A stretch of 62,750 nucleotides of DNA, filler included. It is 3 parts of 3 records of this genome, joined end to end, with 100 filler letters (N's around TTAATTAATTAA, not from the genome) between each part and the next. Parts side by side here need not be neighbours in the genome. Positions count along the whole stretch, not along the records: positions 27,000 to 56,439 come from SRR22947727_252; 2 more parts are not named here. One strand, written 5' to 3'. Positions 27,562 through 39,035 of this stretch are shown here, piece by piece; position 1 is the stretch's first letter, and each line of letters opens with the position of its first letter. The position numbers and the translations under genes are program-made. The notes below the pieces were generated by a model. It ran no database searches and had not been told where the DNA came from. It saw only the letters and a list, made by a program, of their open reading frames with translations.

Positions 27562-28290
27562 TTAATCTTCAATTATCTTTGTGAAATCATCAGATTTAAG
27601 TGACGCCCCACCTATCAATGCTCCATCAACATTTGATAAAGATACTATTTCTTTTGCATTACTAGCCTTTACTGATCCGCCATATAAAATTTTATAATTA
27701 GCAAATGTAGAATTATAATTTTTTATAAACTCATGAGTTTTATTAATTTCATCCAAAGTGGGCGTTAACCCAGTCCCAATAGCCCAGACAGGTTCATACG
27801 CTATAATTGTATTATCAGCATTTGAAGATATAGGAATACTATCCTCTAGTTGTTTGGACAAAACATCATTTGTTTTGCCCTTTTCTTTTTCTTCTAATGT
27901 TTCACCGATACATACAATTGGAACTATTTTATACTCGATAACTCTAGATGACTTTAAACAAACATCGTTATTAGTTTCATTAAATAACTGCCTTCTTTCT
28001 GAATGGCCAAGAATACAAAATTCTATCTTTAAATCCAAAAATGCATTACAAGAAATTTCTCCAGTAAAAGCACCTTGATGATTTTCAGATACATTTTGCG
28101 CACCTATATAAAAATTATTTTTTTTTCGACTAAGGTAATCTAAATGAACTGAAGTAGGACAAATAACAACACATTTGGACTTATTTTTTGGCACCCTAAA
28201 ATTATCAATAAACTGATCAATAAACTCAAAATCACCATTTAATTTCCAATTAGCTACAAAAAATGAAGAAAATCTGTTTATTTTGATCAT
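27562..28290 (-). CDS. tpiA: Triosephosphate isomerase
   Basis: ANWKLNG, GAFTGE, GHSERR, YEPVWAIGTG, YGGSV, LIGGASL; the likely start is the ATG at 28290. Confidence 0.96.
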   Translation of the reverse strand: MIKINRFSSFFVANWKLNGDFEFIDQFIDNFRVPKNKSKCVVICPTSVHLDYLSRKKNNFYIGAQNVSENHQGAFTGEISCNAFLDLKIEFCILGHSERRQLFNETNNDVCLKSSRVIEYKIVPIVCIGETLEEKEKGKTNDVLSKQLEDSIPISSNADNTIIAYEPVWAIGTGLTPTLDEINKTHEFIKNYNSTFANYKILYGGSVKASNAKEIVSLSNVDGALIGGASLKSDDFTKIIED

Positions 28291-28336
28291 AAATATTTCC
28301 CTTATAGAAAGTATTATTATAGAAGCAACATTATTT

Positions 28337-30175
28337 ATGTTTAGAAGTTTAGGAAAATCAAAAATAGCTTTAGTTTTAGCAATACTTTTTGGATTAAGTT
28401 TATTTCTTATGAGGGGCGGAGAGAGGTATTCTGGTTTGTTTGGATCTGACAATGTTGTAGCTTCAGTTTCAGGAACTCCCATTTCTACTTCTAAATTCCT
28501 TCGAGTAATGCAAATGAATGTTAATCAATATAGTCAAATGTTTGGCAAACCTCTAACTGGTGAAGAAATTCAAGCTTTTCAAATACATTCTATGGCACTT
28601 GGTCAATTGGTAAATAATGCAGTATTTGAAAACGAGTTTGACAAACAACAATTTATAATTGATGAAACCGTAGTAGCTTCTGAAACAAAAAAAAGGTTTC
28701 CTAATTTATATAATTCAAATAATAAACTTAATGAAACCGCTCTAAATGCATTCTTATCGCAACAAAATTTAAAAATAGATGATTTAGTTAAAATTATTGA
28801 CTACGAGTCTCGATCAAGAGCTTTTGATAAGTTGTTTTTTGATATTAAATATCCTAAAAAAATACAAAAAGTTTTAAACAAGCATAACAATCACATAAGA
28901 AATATTAACTTAATACAATTTAATATTGATGATTTTCAATTACCAAATTTCAATGATTTAGACATCTCTATAAATAATACTTCTATTGGTGAATTTTTTG
29001 ATCAAAACCTAAACTCTTATATGGTTCCTGAAAAGAGAAGCATGTCATATATAATTATTGACCCCAATAATTTTAAAGATCAATTTACTCCTTCAGACTC
29101 TCAAATTGAAAACTACTTCAATAATAATAAAAGTATTTTCCTTGAACCAGAAAGAAGAGATTTTATTCAGTTTAATTTCAAAGACCTTGAAAGTGCTAAT
29201 GAATTTAGAAATAACATCTTAGCTTTAAATAGCTCTGAAATTGTAGAATATGCAAATAATAATAATATATTGTTTAATGAATTTTCAAAGGTATCTGAAA
29301 ATGAAGTTTTAGAGAACTTATCAAATGCAATATTTAATTTAGAAAAAAATCAAGTCTCCGAAGTTGTCGAAACTGCACTTGCAAAGCACATAGTGGTTTT
29401 AAATAATATTTACCCTAAAAAACAAGCAACTTTAAATGAATCAAAAAAAGAAATCACAGATACTCTTTTACAAGTTGAAGTTGAAAGTTTTGTAATTGAT
29501 CTAAAAAATAAAATCAGCCAACAAATCTTGGATGGCTTATCTTTAAATGAAATATCAATAGATAATTCTTTAAGTATCGAAAATTTAAATAATGCAGAAA
29601 GAAATAACATTCAGGCTGAAAATGATTTAATTAAAAATCAAGTCATAGCAAAAGGTTTTGCCAGCAATAAAGACTTTGTAAGTGATATTGAAGATTTAGA
29701 CGATAGCAGATCTTTTATTGTTAATGTTGATAATATAGAAAATGAAAGACCCTATGAGCTAAAAGAAATTTTCGAAGTTGTATCCAGCGACTGGATTGAT
29801 TCACTAAAAATTGAGAGCATAGATACACAAATTGACAAAATACTAGAAGGCTCTAAATTACTAGAAGAGATTGCTAATTTTGTAAAAAAAGAAATATTAA
29901 ATGAAGATATAAAATTAGACAGCAATCTTTTTCCAACAACACTAAAAAATACAGTATTTACAGACGAAATTAACCAAATTTCTTTAAGTATCTCAAACAA
30001 AGATATTTATATTAGTCAATTAAAGCAAATTTCATTTCCTAAAGAAGAAACAAATAATGCACAAGAAATTTCAATGTTGTCTGAATTAAGAAGTAATTTC
30101 GGTGCAGAAATAATCAAAGATAAAAATATTTCAACAAATGACAATTTAATTCAGGCTTTAATAAGCCAATATTAA
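28337..30175 (+). CDS. ppiD: PpiD/SurA-N family periplasmic chaperone
   Basis: N-terminal TM, VASVSGTPIS, two PE.R repeats; conserved alpha position between tpiA and trpE. Likely start 28337. Confidence 0.8.
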   Translation: MFRSLGKSKIALVLAILFGLSLFLMRGGERYSGLFGSDNVVASVSGTPISTSKFLRVMQMNVNQYSQMFGKPLTGEEIQAFQIHSMALGQLVNNAVFENEFDKQQFIIDETVVASETKKRFPNLYNSNNKLNETALNAFLSQQNLKIDDLVKIIDYESRSRAFDKLFFDIKYPKKIQKVLNKHNNHIRNINLIQFNIDDFQLPNFNDLDISINNTSIGEFFDQNLNSYMVPEKRSMSYIIIDPNNFKDQFTPSDSQIENYFNNNKSIFLEPERRDFIQFNFKDLESANEFRNNILALNSSEIVEYANNNNILFNEFSKVSENEVLENLSNAIFNLEKNQVSEVVETALAKHIVVLNNIYPKKQATLNESKKEITDTLLQVEVESFVIDLKNKISQQILDGLSLNEISIDNSLSIENLNNAERNNIQAENDLIKNQVIAKGFASNKDFVSDIEDLDDSRSFIVNVDNIENERPYELKEIFEVVSSDWIDSLKIESIDTQIDKILEGSKLLEEIANFVKKEILNEDIKLDSNLFPTTLKNTVFTDEINQISLSISNKDIYISQLKQISFPKEETNNAQEISMLSELRSNFGAEIIKDKNISTNDNLIQALISQY

Positions 30176-31650
30176 TGAATGAAGTAAAAAAAAGATTCAT
30201 TGAAGGTCTTCAAAATAATAAACCTCAAATTTTAACCACAGATTTAATTGCAGATATAGAGACGCCTATATCATGTTTATTAAAATTAAAAAAAAATCAG
30301 AAATATTCATTTTTGTTAGAATCAGTTGAAGGAGGAAGTTTAAGAGGTAGATATTCACTTCTTGGCTGTGACCCTGATATAGTTTGGGAAGTTAAAAATA
30401 ATAAAGCATCTTTAACTTATCTAGATAATAATTATAATTATGAAATATCAGAAAAGCCAATAGAGTCTCTTAAAAACCTAATAGAAAATTCAAAGTTTGA
30501 TAAAGGAGAAATAGAAGTACCCTACCCCATTCTTGTTGGTTATTTGGGTTATTCAATGATTCAATATATGGAAAAAATAGATCTAAGAAATGCAGATAAT
30601 ATAAATATACCTGACTCTGTTTTAATAAGACCTAAAATAGTAACTGTATTTGATAATATTAAGGACAGTATAACTGTTATGACAGTCGTATATCCTTGTA
30701 AAGATAAAGACGTGGAGAACATCTATGAAAATGCTAAAGAAATTTTGGAAAAAAAAGTAAATCAATTAAAAGAAAGTCTTGTCCAGACAAAAAAAAATCA
30801 AATACAGTCCTATCTGAACTTTGTATCAAATTATTCTAAAGAAGAATATTTTTCTATCATTTCACAAGCAAAAGAATATATTAAAAAAGGTGATATTTTC
30901 CAAGTTGTTACTTCTCAAAGATTTGAAACAAATTATGATTTAGAAGCAATAAGTTTGTATCGATCTCTAAGAAGATTAAACCCTTCTCCCTATTTAGTAA
31001 ATTTAAATTTTGATAACTTTGGTTTAGTTGCTTCAAGTCCAGAATTGTTAGTTCAACTAAGAAAAGGAAAGGTGACTATAAGGCCAATTGCTGGAACTCG
31101 TAAAAGAGGGAGAAACGCAAATGAAGATCTTGAATTATCAAAGGATTTACTTGAAGATCAAAAAGAACTTGCTGAACATTTAATGCTTTTAGACTTAGGA
31201 AGAAATGATATTGGCAGAGTGGCTAAAAATGAATCAGTAAAGGTAACAGAAAAAATGATAATTGAGTATTACTCTCATGTTATGCATATTGTTTCAAATG
31301 TTGAAGGAGTCATTGATGAAAAATACGATGCTGTAGATGCATTAAAAGCTGGCTTTCCAGCTGGAACAGTCTCAGGTGCTCCAAAAATTAGAGCAATGGA
31401 AATAATTGAAGAGCTTGAAAATCTAAATAGAAGTTTTTATGCTGGTTGTATGGGATATTTTGATGCAAATGGAGATATGGACACATGCATAAGTTTGAGA
31501 AGTGGATTAGTAAAAAACAAAAAACTTTATGTCCAAGCAGGTGGTGGAGTAGTTTATGACTCAAACCCTGATGATGAATATCAAGAAACACTAAATAAAG
31601 CTAGAGCCTTGATGGCAGCAGCGAGAGACTCTTACAAATATAATCAATGA
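30175..31650 (+). CDS. trpE: Anthranilate synthase component I
   Basis: LLESVEGG..RGRYS, GDIFQVV, ASSPE, RPIAGTR, AEHLMLLDLGRND, GTVSGAPK. Confidence 0.97.
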   Translation: MNEVKKRFIEGLQNNKPQILTTDLIADIETPISCLLKLKKNQKYSFLLESVEGGSLRGRYSLLGCDPDIVWEVKNNKASLTYLDNNYNYEISEKPIESLKNLIENSKFDKGEIEVPYPILVGYLGYSMIQYMEKIDLRNADNINIPDSVLIRPKIVTVFDNIKDSITVMTVVYPCKDKDVENIYENAKEILEKKVNQLKESLVQTKKNQIQSYLNFVSNYSKEEYFSIISQAKEYIKKGDIFQVVTSQRFETNYDLEAISLYRSLRRLNPSPYLVNLNFDNFGLVASSPELLVQLRKGKVTIRPIAGTRKRGRNANEDLELSKDLLEDQKELAEHLMLLDLGRNDIGRVAKNESVKVTEKMIIEYYSHVMHIVSNVEGVIDEKYDAVDALKAGFPAGTVSGAPKIRAMEIIEELENLNRSFYAGCMGYFDANGDMDTCISLRSGLVKNKKLYVQAGGGVVYDSNPDDEYQETLNKARALMAAARDSYKYNQ

Positions 31651-32225
31651 TACTTTTAATCGATAATTACGATAGCTTTACTTATAATGTTAAGCATTAT
31701 TTAAGCGAACTTGGAGCAGAAGTAGAAATTTATAGAAATGATAAAATAACAATTGATGAAATTAGACAAATTAAACCTAAAGCCATTGTAATTTCTCCAG
31801 GACCATGCACACCAAATGAAGCAGGTATCTGCCTTAACCTAATTAATGAACTAAAAACTACATTTCCAATTTTAGGTATTTGCTTGGGTCATCAATCTAT
31901 AGGTCAAGCATTTGGTGGAAAAATAATAAAATGTAATGAAATTATGCATGGAAAAATTGACAAAATGAAACATTTTGGTCACGATATATTTAAAAATATT
32001 GAAACTAATTTTTTAGCCACAAGATATCACTCTTTAATAATAGACAGAAATACCCTATCAAAAGATTTTATAATAACAGCAGAAACAAATAATAAAATTA
32101 TTATGGGAATAGCTCATGCGCAACTGCCAATTTATGGTTTTCAATTTCATCCTGAGAGTATTGGAACCCAGGTCGGTAAAAATTTATTGAGTAATTTTTT
32201 AAACCTTATTCATTATGGATATTAG
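31647..32225 (+). CDS. trpG: Anthranilate synthase component II
   Basis: IDNYDSFTYN, SPGPC, GICLGHQ, TRYHSL, QFHPES. Confidence 0.96.
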   Translation: MILLIDNYDSFTYNVKHYLSELGAEVEIYRNDKITIDEIRQIKPKAIVISPGPCTPNEAGICLNLINELKTTFPILGICLGHQSIGQAFGGKIIKCNEIMHGKIDKMKHFGHDIFKNIETNFLATRYHSLIIDRNTLSKDFIITAETNNKIIMGIAHAQLPIYGFQFHPESIGTQVGKNLLSNFLNLIHYGY

Positions 32226-33216
32226 TAATATAAAAAATAAATTAATCTCTCAAAATAATTTAACTTTTGATGAATCGTTTTTACTTTTTAACGCCATCAT
32301 GAATGGGGAAGTAAATGAGATTGATACATCTGCAATTTTAATTTCCCTTAAGATAAAAGGAGAAACTAAAAATGAGATACTTGGTGCAACAAAAATTATG
32401 AGATCAAAGTCTTTAAAAATTGAAGCTACAGACAATGTCGTTGATACTTGTGGCACTGGAGGTGATATGTCAGATACTTTGAACATATCCACTGCTGCCT
32501 CCTTAGTTGCTGCTAGTTGCGGTGTCACAATTGCAAAACATGGGAATAAATCCGTAAGCTCAAAATCTGGATCTGCAGATATGCTTGAGAACATTGGCTA
32601 TAAATTTTCAGATGACTCAAAAATTTTAGAACAACAATTAAAATATAATAATTTTTGTTTTATGTTTGCTCAGTATCATCACTCAGCAATGAAACATGTA
32701 ATAAATGTAAGAAAAATTTTAGGCACAAGAACAATTTTTAATCTTTTAGGACCACTCACAAACCCCGCAAATGCTAAAAATCAACTCTTAGGTGTTTATG
32801 ATAAAAAATGGCTAAATACTCATTGCGAGGTGTTAAATGAATTAGGTTCAAATAAAGTAATGGTTGTTCATGGGTTTGATGGATTAGATGAAATTACTCT
32901 CAGTAAAAATACTTATATCTGCGAACTAAAAAATAAACAGATCATAAATTATAATTTTGATCCCCGTGATATTGGCTATGATTATATATCTCTGAACGAT
33001 ATCAAGGGTGGTGATCCAAAATATAATGCTGAATGTTTTATGAAAATGATCAATGGAGATTACAAACAGTTTCAAAAAATTGTTGAAATAAACGCAGGAG
33101 CTGCAATTTATCTTTCAGGAAAAGCAACTGATATAAAAGAAGGAGCTTTAATAGCTAAAAAATCTATTTCTGAAGGGGTAACAAAAAAATTTATATCTAG
33201 GATTACTAATGAATAA
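32215..33216 (+). CDS. trpD: Anthranilate phosphoribosyltransferase
   Basis: DTCGTGGD, NIST, KHGNKSVSSKSGSAD, RTIFNLLGPL, GLDE. Confidence 0.97.
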   Translation: MDISNIKNKLISQNNLTFDESFLLFNAIMNGEVNEIDTSAILISLKIKGETKNEILGATKIMRSKSLKIEATDNVVDTCGTGGDMSDTLNISTAASLVAASCGVTIAKHGNKSVSSKSGSADMLENIGYKFSDDSKILEQQLKYNNFCFMFAQYHHSAMKHVINVRKILGTRTIFNLLGPLTNPANAKNQLLGVYDKKWLNTHCEVLNELGSNKVMVVHGFDGLDEITLSKNTYICELKNKQIINYNFDPRDIGYDYISLNDIKGGDPKYNAECFMKMINGDYKQFQKIVEINAGAAIYLSGKATDIKEGALIAKKSISEGVTKKFISRITNE

Positions 33217-34003
33217 TATTTTAAAAAAAATTTGTGAAGATAAAAGATTGGAAATAGAAAAATTAAAAAAAAAATGCACACTCAACTCTCTTAAGAAACT
33301 TATATCTGATCAAATAAATAAAAGAGATTTTAAAAATATTGTCATCAATTCAACTCTAGAGAAAAAAAATTTTATAATTGGAGAGATTAAAAAAGCTAGT
33401 CCAAGCGCAGGGGAAATTATACATAATTATGAACCTATAGAAATTGCTAAAATATATGAAAAGGCTGGCGTTAAAGCATTGTCAGTTTTAACTGAAAAAA
33501 ATTATTTTAAAGGCAAGATAGATCATTTATCCTATATTAAGAAAAATACAAATATACCAATTTTAAGAAAAGATTTTATCATTGACGAGTATCAAATTTA
33601 TGAAAGTAAAGTTTACCAAGCAGATGTAATATTACTAATTGTTTCAGTATTAAGTGATGATGAGTTAAAAAAATTTTTAAAAATTGCTAATGAATTAAAT
33701 TTAGATTGCATTATTGAAACGCATGATGAAAATGAAATAAAAAGAGCCTTAAAATTAGATTATCCTATTTTAGGCATAAACAATAGAAATTTAAAAAATC
33801 TTAAAACCGATCTTAATAATTCTGTAAGTTTATTTACAAGTATAAGTAAAGATTATACTGTTATAGCTGAAAGTGGCATTAAAACAGCAGATGATATAAG
33901 TATGTATAATGATCTTGGAATTTTTAATTTTCTTATTGGTGAGTCAATTTTAAGATCAAAAGATTATACAACTTTTATAAAAAAGTTATTAATTAATGGT
34001 TAG
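33209..34003 (+). CDS. trpC: Indole-3-glycerol phosphate synthase
   Basis: GEIKKASPSAG, LSVLTE, LRKDF, GINNRNL, AESGI, LIGE. Confidence 0.97.
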   Translation: MNNILKKICEDKRLEIEKLKKKCTLNSLKKLISDQINKRDFKNIVINSTLEKKNFIIGEIKKASPSAGEIIHNYEPIEIAKIYEKAGVKALSVLTEKNYFKGKIDHLSYIKKNTNIPILRKDFIIDEYQIYESKVYQADVILLIVSVLSDDELKKFLKIANELNLDCIIETHDENEIKRALKLDYPILGINNRNLKNLKTDLNNSVSLFTSISKDYTVIAESGIKTADDISMYNDLGIFNFLIGESILRSKDYTTFIKKLLING

Positions 34004-34463
34004 TCACTTAGATAAAAACAACTCCCCCACTATGGTAGATGTTGGAGATAAAAATATTACTCAAAGAATTGCCGAAGCTGAGGGAGAAGTCATATTTGAT
34101 AAAAATAGTTTTAAAAAAATTGAAAGTTTAAAGTCAAAAAAAGGCAGTATTAAAAATATAGCTATTCTAGCAGGAATTATGGGGGCGAAAGAAACGTCTA
34201 AATTAATACCTCTTTGCCATAACATTCCAATTGATGCTGTTAGTATTGAAATAGTCAAAAATATAAAAAAACACTCAATGAAAGTTAAAGCGATAGTTAA
34301 AACTAGCTCAAAAACTGGCGTAGAAATGGAAGCATTGACTGCTGTAACTATAAGTTGTCTAACTATTTATGATATGTGTAAATATTTAAATAAATCGATT
34401 AAAATAGCTAATATAAAGCTAATTTCTAAAAAAGGCGGTAAATCAGGTATTTTTAAGTCTTAA
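33996..34463 (+). CDS. moaC: Cyclic pyranopterin monophosphate synthase
   Basis: MVDVGDK, LIPLCH, TGVEMEAL, LTIYDMCK, KKGGKSG. Confidence 0.96.
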   Translation: MVSHLDKNNSPTMVDVGDKNITQRIAEAEGEVIFDKNSFKKIESLKSKKGSIKNIAILAGIMGAKETSKLIPLCHNIPIDAVSIEIVKNIKKHSMKVKAIVKTSSKTGVEMEALTAVTISCLTIYDMCKYLNKSIKIANIKLISKKGGKSGIFKS

Positions 34464-34499
34464 ATTTCAATAAAATAATTATTGTAATTTTTCAAAAGA

Positions 34500-34514
34500 G
34501 AACATATATAGAAC
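34500..34514 (+). promoter_or_regulatory. Alphaproteobacterial LexA (SOS) box
   Basis: GAAC-ATATATA-GAAC is an exact GAAC-N7-GAAC direct repeat, 2 nt before the lexA ATG. Confidence 0.9.
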
Positions 34515-34516
34515 AT

Positions 34517-35152
34517 ATGTTAACAAAAAAACAAAAAGAGCTATTCGTTTATCTTAGAGATTATATATCATCAAACGACATCTCTCCATCTTTTGAGGAA
34601 ATGAAGAACGCGGTTAATTTAAAATCTAAATCAGGAATTCATAGATTGATTACTAGTTTAGAACAAAGGGGTTATATCAAGCGCTTAAAGCATAAAGCAA
34701 GAGCGATGGAGATAACAAAAGAACTACAAAATAATAGTTCAACTGCTACCTCTTCGGAAAATAGCTTTTTAAATATTCCATTAGTTGGCTCAATAGCCGC
34801 AGGTGAGGCGATTGAAGCTATAAATACATCTGACTCCATGATTTCAGTTCCTCAATCACTAGTCTCAAAACATGCCACATATTTTGGTTTAAAAGTCAAA
34901 GGTCTATCAATGATAGATGAGGGTATTTTTGATGGGGATATAGCTATTATAAAAAAGACTACCTCTGCTGAAAATGGCAAAATCGCAGCAGTGTTAACAT
35001 TAGATAATCAAATTACTCTTAAAAAAATTAAAATGACCAATCAAAAAATTTATCTAATTCCTGCAAATAAGGCATACGATATTAAAGAACACAACATTGG
35101 GGAAGTGCAAATTCAAGGCACTTTATCTGGCATTATAAGAAAATATAATTAA
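34517..35152 (+). CDS. lexA: SOS repressor LexA (alpha type)
   Basis: MLTKKQ, SPSFEEM..A..LKSKSGIHRLI, cleavage site IAAG, catalytic GLSM and TLKK. Confidence 0.97.
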   Translation: MLTKKQKELFVYLRDYISSNDISPSFEEMKNAVNLKSKSGIHRLITSLEQRGYIKRLKHKARAMEITKELQNNSSTATSSENSFLNIPLVGSIAAGEAIEAINTSDSMISVPQSLVSKHATYFGLKVKGLSMIDEGIFDGDIAIIKKTTSAENGKIAAVLTLDNQITLKKIKMTNQKIYLIPANKAYDIKEHNIGEVQIQGTLSGIIRKYN

Positions 35153-35166
35153 TAGTCGTTTTACAA

Positions 35167-36564
35167 ATGACTAAAATGATTACTAGATTTGCCCCCTCTC
35201 CTACAGGAAATCTACACATTGGAAGCGCAAGAACAGCACTTATAAATTATATATGCAAATCAAAAAACAATGATTCAAAACTATACTTAAGAATTGAAGA
35301 TACCGATAAAGAGAGATCAAAAGAAGAATTTACAAATAATATTCTAAGTGGCCTAAAATGGCTGGGTATAGATTGGGACAATAAACCACAAATTCAATCT
35401 CAAAATATTAATAGACATCTAGAAATAGCCAATAAACTTTTAGAAAATGGTAAGGCATTTAAATGTATATGTAGTAAAGAAGAGCTTAACGAAAGAAGAA
35501 AAAAAATAAACTCAGGTGATATTACTTCCAAAAAAATATGTATTTCTTGTGTTAAAAATACTAAAGTTCAAAGTCTTGAAAAAGACTATGTGATCAGAAT
35601 AAAGATACCTATCGAAAACAAAGAAATATTGGAAGATGTTGTTCAAGGTACTGTTGAAGTTAATAAATCTGAAATAGACGACTATGTTCTTGTTCGTAGA
35701 GATGGTACGCCAACTTACATGTTATCTGTTGTTGTTGATGACCATGATCTTGGAATCAATTTTATTATTAGAGGCGATGATCACTTAAATAATTATTTTA
35801 GGCAAAAATTTATTTATGAATATATGAACTGGGAGATACCAACTTATGCACATATTCCCCTTATACATGGAGAGGATGGATCAAAACTATCAAAGAGGCA
35901 CGGTGCGGTTAATTTAATAGATTTAAAAAGACAAGGTTATTTACCAGAAGCTATAATTAATAATTTAATTTTACTAGGATGGTCTCCTAAAAAGAGTGAT
36001 GATGAATTGATTCAATTAAAAAATATAATTTCAATATTTAAGATTAAAGATTTATCTAAATCAGCAAGTATTTTTAGTTATAAAAAACTTGATTATTTTA
36101 ATAATTATTATTTGAAACAAGAACAAAATTTAGAATTGTTCATTAAATATTGTAAATCAAATATTAACTTACAAAAATACTTAGAGAGGGATGAAAAAAA
36201 ACTAATTAGAATTTTTAATATCTATAAAAAAGATATTTCTAAATATGAAGAAATTGTAAATATTGCAGAAATATATTTTAACACAAACTTTGAGTTATTA
36301 AAAAATGAAATATTTGAACAAGAATTTAATAAATGTTTTAATAATTTTTTAAACCTAATTAATAGTATTAAAAATTGGGAGTATGATGTCATCAACTCAG
36401 AAATTAAAGATTTTTTAAAAAAAAATAATTTAAAATTTCCTATACTTGGTAAACCAGTTAGATTTTTACTTACTAATAATTATAATGGACCTTCTATTAC
36501 GGATATATTTATGATATTAGGAAAAGATAAAACAATAGAAAGACTAAATAAATATAAAGCTTAA
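35167..36564 (+). CDS. gltX: Glutamate--tRNA ligase
   Basis: [31 protein letters not shown]. Confidence 0.96.
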   Translation: MTKMITRFAPSPTGNLHIGSARTALINYICKSKNNDSKLYLRIEDTDKERSKEEFTNNILSGLKWLGIDWDNKPQIQSQNINRHLEIANKLLENGKAFKCICSKEELNERRKKINSGDITSKKICISCVKNTKVQSLEKDYVIRIKIPIENKEILEDVVQGTVEVNKSEIDDYVLVRRDGTPTYMLSVVVDDHDLGINFIIRGDDHLNNYFRQKFIYEYMNWEIPTYAHIPLIHGEDGSKLSKRHGAVNLIDLKRQGYLPEAIINNLILLGWSPKKSDDELIQLKNIISIFKIKDLSKSASIFSYKKLDYFNNYYLKQEQNLELFIKYCKSNINLQKYLERDEKKLIRIFNIYKKDISKYEEIVNIAEIYFNTNFELLKNEIFEQEFNKCFNNFLNLINSIKNWEYDVINSEIKDFLKKNNLKFPILGKPVRFLLTNNYNGPSITDIFMILGKDKTIERLNKYKA

Positions 36565-36565
36565 A

Positions 36566-37915
36566 ATGGCAGATTACGAAGATAATAAACAGAAAAATTC
36601 TTTCACATTATTTAATAATGAAACAGGTAAATCATATGATCTTCCCGTTATCAAAGGAACAGACGGTCCTGATGTCTTAGATATTAGAAAGCTATATCAA
36701 GAAACAGGAATGTTTACTTATGACCCAGGCTTTACATCAACAGCATCATGTGACTCTTCTATTACGTATATTGACGGTAATAAAGGTATCTTAAGACACA
36801 GAGGTTATGACATACATGAACTTGCCAGTAGTAGTGAATTTTTAGAAGTTTGTTATTTGCTTTTGCATGGTGAGCTACCTTCTCCAGAAGATAAACAAAA
36901 ATTTAAAGATGTAATCACTAACCATACAATGATTCATGAACAACTTGTTCACCTTTATAGAGGTTTTAGAAGAGATGCGCATCCAATGGCAATTATGGTT
37001 GGTGTTGTCGGTGCACTATCAGCTTTTTATCATGATAGTACTGACTTCTCTGATGTCAATCAAAGAATGATCGCTTGTCATAGGTTAATTGCAAAAATGC
37101 CCACTATAGGTGCAATGGCCTATAAATATTCAATAGGGCAGCCATTTGTATATCCTAAAAATGATTTATCTTATGCAGAAAATTTTTTATATATGACTTT
37201 TTCTGTTCCAACAGCAGATTTCAAAATTAGTCCAAAAATTGTTAGAGCTATGGACAGGTTTTTTATTCTGCATGCTGATCATGAACAAAATGCATCTACT
37301 TCTACTGTAAGGTTAGCTGGATCATCTGGCGCTAATCCTTTTGCTTGTATAGCTTCAGGAATCGCGTCATTATGGGGCCCTGCACATGGTGGAGCAAATG
37401 AAGCTGTAATAAAAATGCTAGAAGAAATTGGGGATGTTAAAAACATTCCAGAATATATTAAAAAAGCAAAAGATAAGAATGACCCTTTTAGACTTATGGG
37501 TTTTGGACATAGAGTTTATAAAAATTATGATCCAAGAGCTACTGTAATGAAAGAAAGTGCTCATGAAGTTTTAGAAGAATTAAATAAACATGATGACCCT
37601 CTATTAAAAGTAGCTCTAGAATTAGAAAGAATTGCTCTTGAAGATGAATATTTTATTCAAAAAAAATTATTTCCAAATGTAGATTTCTATTCTGGTTTCA
37701 TTTTAAAAGCCCTGGGTTTTCCAACTAGCATGTTTACAGTATTGTTTGCTATTGGCAGAACTGTTGGCTGGATTTCTCAATGGAAAGAAATGATTGAAGA
37801 TCCTATAAATAAAATTGGAAGACCCAGACAATTATATCTAGGGAAAACATCAAGAGGCTACCAACAAGAAGCTACTAGAGAGAAAAAATCAATATTTAAG
37901 TGGTTGTGGAAATAA
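36566..37915 (+). CDS. gltA: Citrate synthase (type II) with extra C-terminal tail
   Basis: [44 protein letters not shown]. Confidence 0.97.
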   Translation: MADYEDNKQKNSFTLFNNETGKSYDLPVIKGTDGPDVLDIRKLYQETGMFTYDPGFTSTASCDSSITYIDGNKGILRHRGYDIHELASSSEFLEVCYLLLHGELPSPEDKQKFKDVITNHTMIHEQLVHLYRGFRRDAHPMAIMVGVVGALSAFYHDSTDFSDVNQRMIACHRLIAKMPTIGAMAYKYSIGQPFVYPKNDLSYAENFLYMTFSVPTADFKISPKIVRAMDRFFILHADHEQNASTSTVRLAGSSGANPFACIASGIASLWGPAHGGANEAVIKMLEEIGDVKNIPEYIKKAKDKNDPFRLMGFGHRVYKNYDPRATVMKESAHEVLEELNKHDDPLLKVALELERIALEDEYFIQKKLFPNVDFYSGFILKALGFPTSMFTVLFAIGRTVGWISQWKEMIEDPINKIGRPRQLYLGKTSRGYQQEATREKKSIFKWLWK

Positions 37916-39035
37916 TCTCATTAATTCTTTTTTCACATACATCATAGGGATTCGATTTACTTTGTATTTCAGGTAAATATTTTCGAATCTCTAAAATTTG
38001 CTTATCTCTAAAACTTTGGTCATTTAAAAGAATATCAAAAGACTCTAATAAATTTTTTTTATTTAAATTTCTATTTACAACTTCTTTAATTATCATTTTA
38101 TTACTTAAAATATTAAGAATATTAGCAAATCTAATACATACTAAAAAAGAGAATATAAAGTAAGTTAAAAAATTAAGTTTATAAAAAACTATTTGAGGTA
38201 TCAATCTTTTAGAAATTTCCAATGATGCAGTTCCTGAACAAGTAACACTAATAAACACATCGTTATATAATTTCTCATTTTTTTCGTTATTAATTGAAAT
38301 AACAGTTTCCAATTTCCAATCTTTTGTAAGATGATTTAATTTATCAACTAAATGCGGCAAAGTTGGAATAAAAATTTTATAATCTGTAATATTATTTGTA
38401 AGAAGATAATCATGAATATATTCAAGATATGGAAATAGTTTGTTAATTTCATTATCTCTACTTCCAGGCAAAAAAGCTATTAAATTTTTTTTCTCATTAT
38501 TATTATTATTATTATAATCACTATCATTTATTATTGATATAGGATGTCCAATAAAAGTTGACTTAAGACCTTCCTTTTCAAAAAATTTTCTCTCAAAATT
38601 AAATAAGGTAAAAATTTCATTAAAAACTTTAGAAAACTTTTTAGCTCTTCCCCTTCTCCATGCCCAAACTGTTGGAGCTACAATTTGTATTATTTTTTGT
38701 TGATATTTATTATTTTTAATTTTTTTTGCTAATTGATAATTAAAATCAGGAGAGTCAACACAAATAACTAAGTCATAATTATTAATTAAAATTTTATTGC
38801 TAAGTCTGTTAATTATTTTAATAAATTTTGGTATAGAAAATAAAATCTCAATTAAACCTAGAGATTTAAATAAACTGATATCATAAAATTTATTAGTAAA
38901 ATATACTTCAGATGATTTTCCACAAACACCATCTATTTCGTAATTATATTTTTTTAATTTTTGACAAATATTAAAAACAATATTTTCACCAGATTGTTCA
39001 GTACAACAAATAAATATTTTTTTATTTTTATTCAA
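37896..39035 (-). CDS. lpxB: Lipid A disaccharide synthase
   Basis: [37 protein letters not shown]. Confidence 0.93.
   Translation of the reverse strand: MNKNKKIFICCTEQSGENIVFNICQKLKKYNYEIDGVCGKSSEVYFTNKFYDISLFKSLGLIEILFSIPKFIKIINRLSNKILINNYDLVICVDSPDFNYQLAKKIKNNKYQQKIIQIVAPTVWAWRRGRAKKFSKVFNEIFTLFNFERKFFEKEGLKSTFIGHPISIINDSDYNNNNNNEKKNLIAFLPGSRDNEINKLFPYLEYIHDYLLTNNITDYKIFIPTLPHLVDKLNHLTKDWKLETVISINNEKNEKLYNDVFISVTCSGTASLEISKRLIPQIVFYKLNFLTYFIFSFLVCIRFANILNILSNKMIIKEVVNRNLNKKNLLESFDILLNDQSFRDKQILEIRKYLPEIQSKSNPYDVCEKRINEIISTTT

Noticed and set aside
28291-28482. 64-aa N-terminal extension of TpiA overlapping ppiD
   Set aside because: It is an antisense read of the ppiD 5' end. TpiA homology starts at the ATG at 28290, which has an SD-like AAGGGA.
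38496-38513. (ATT)6 microsatellite giving poly-Asn in LpxB
   Set aside because: It is an in-frame triplet repeat in a linker of an AT-rich gene; length changes would not switch phase.
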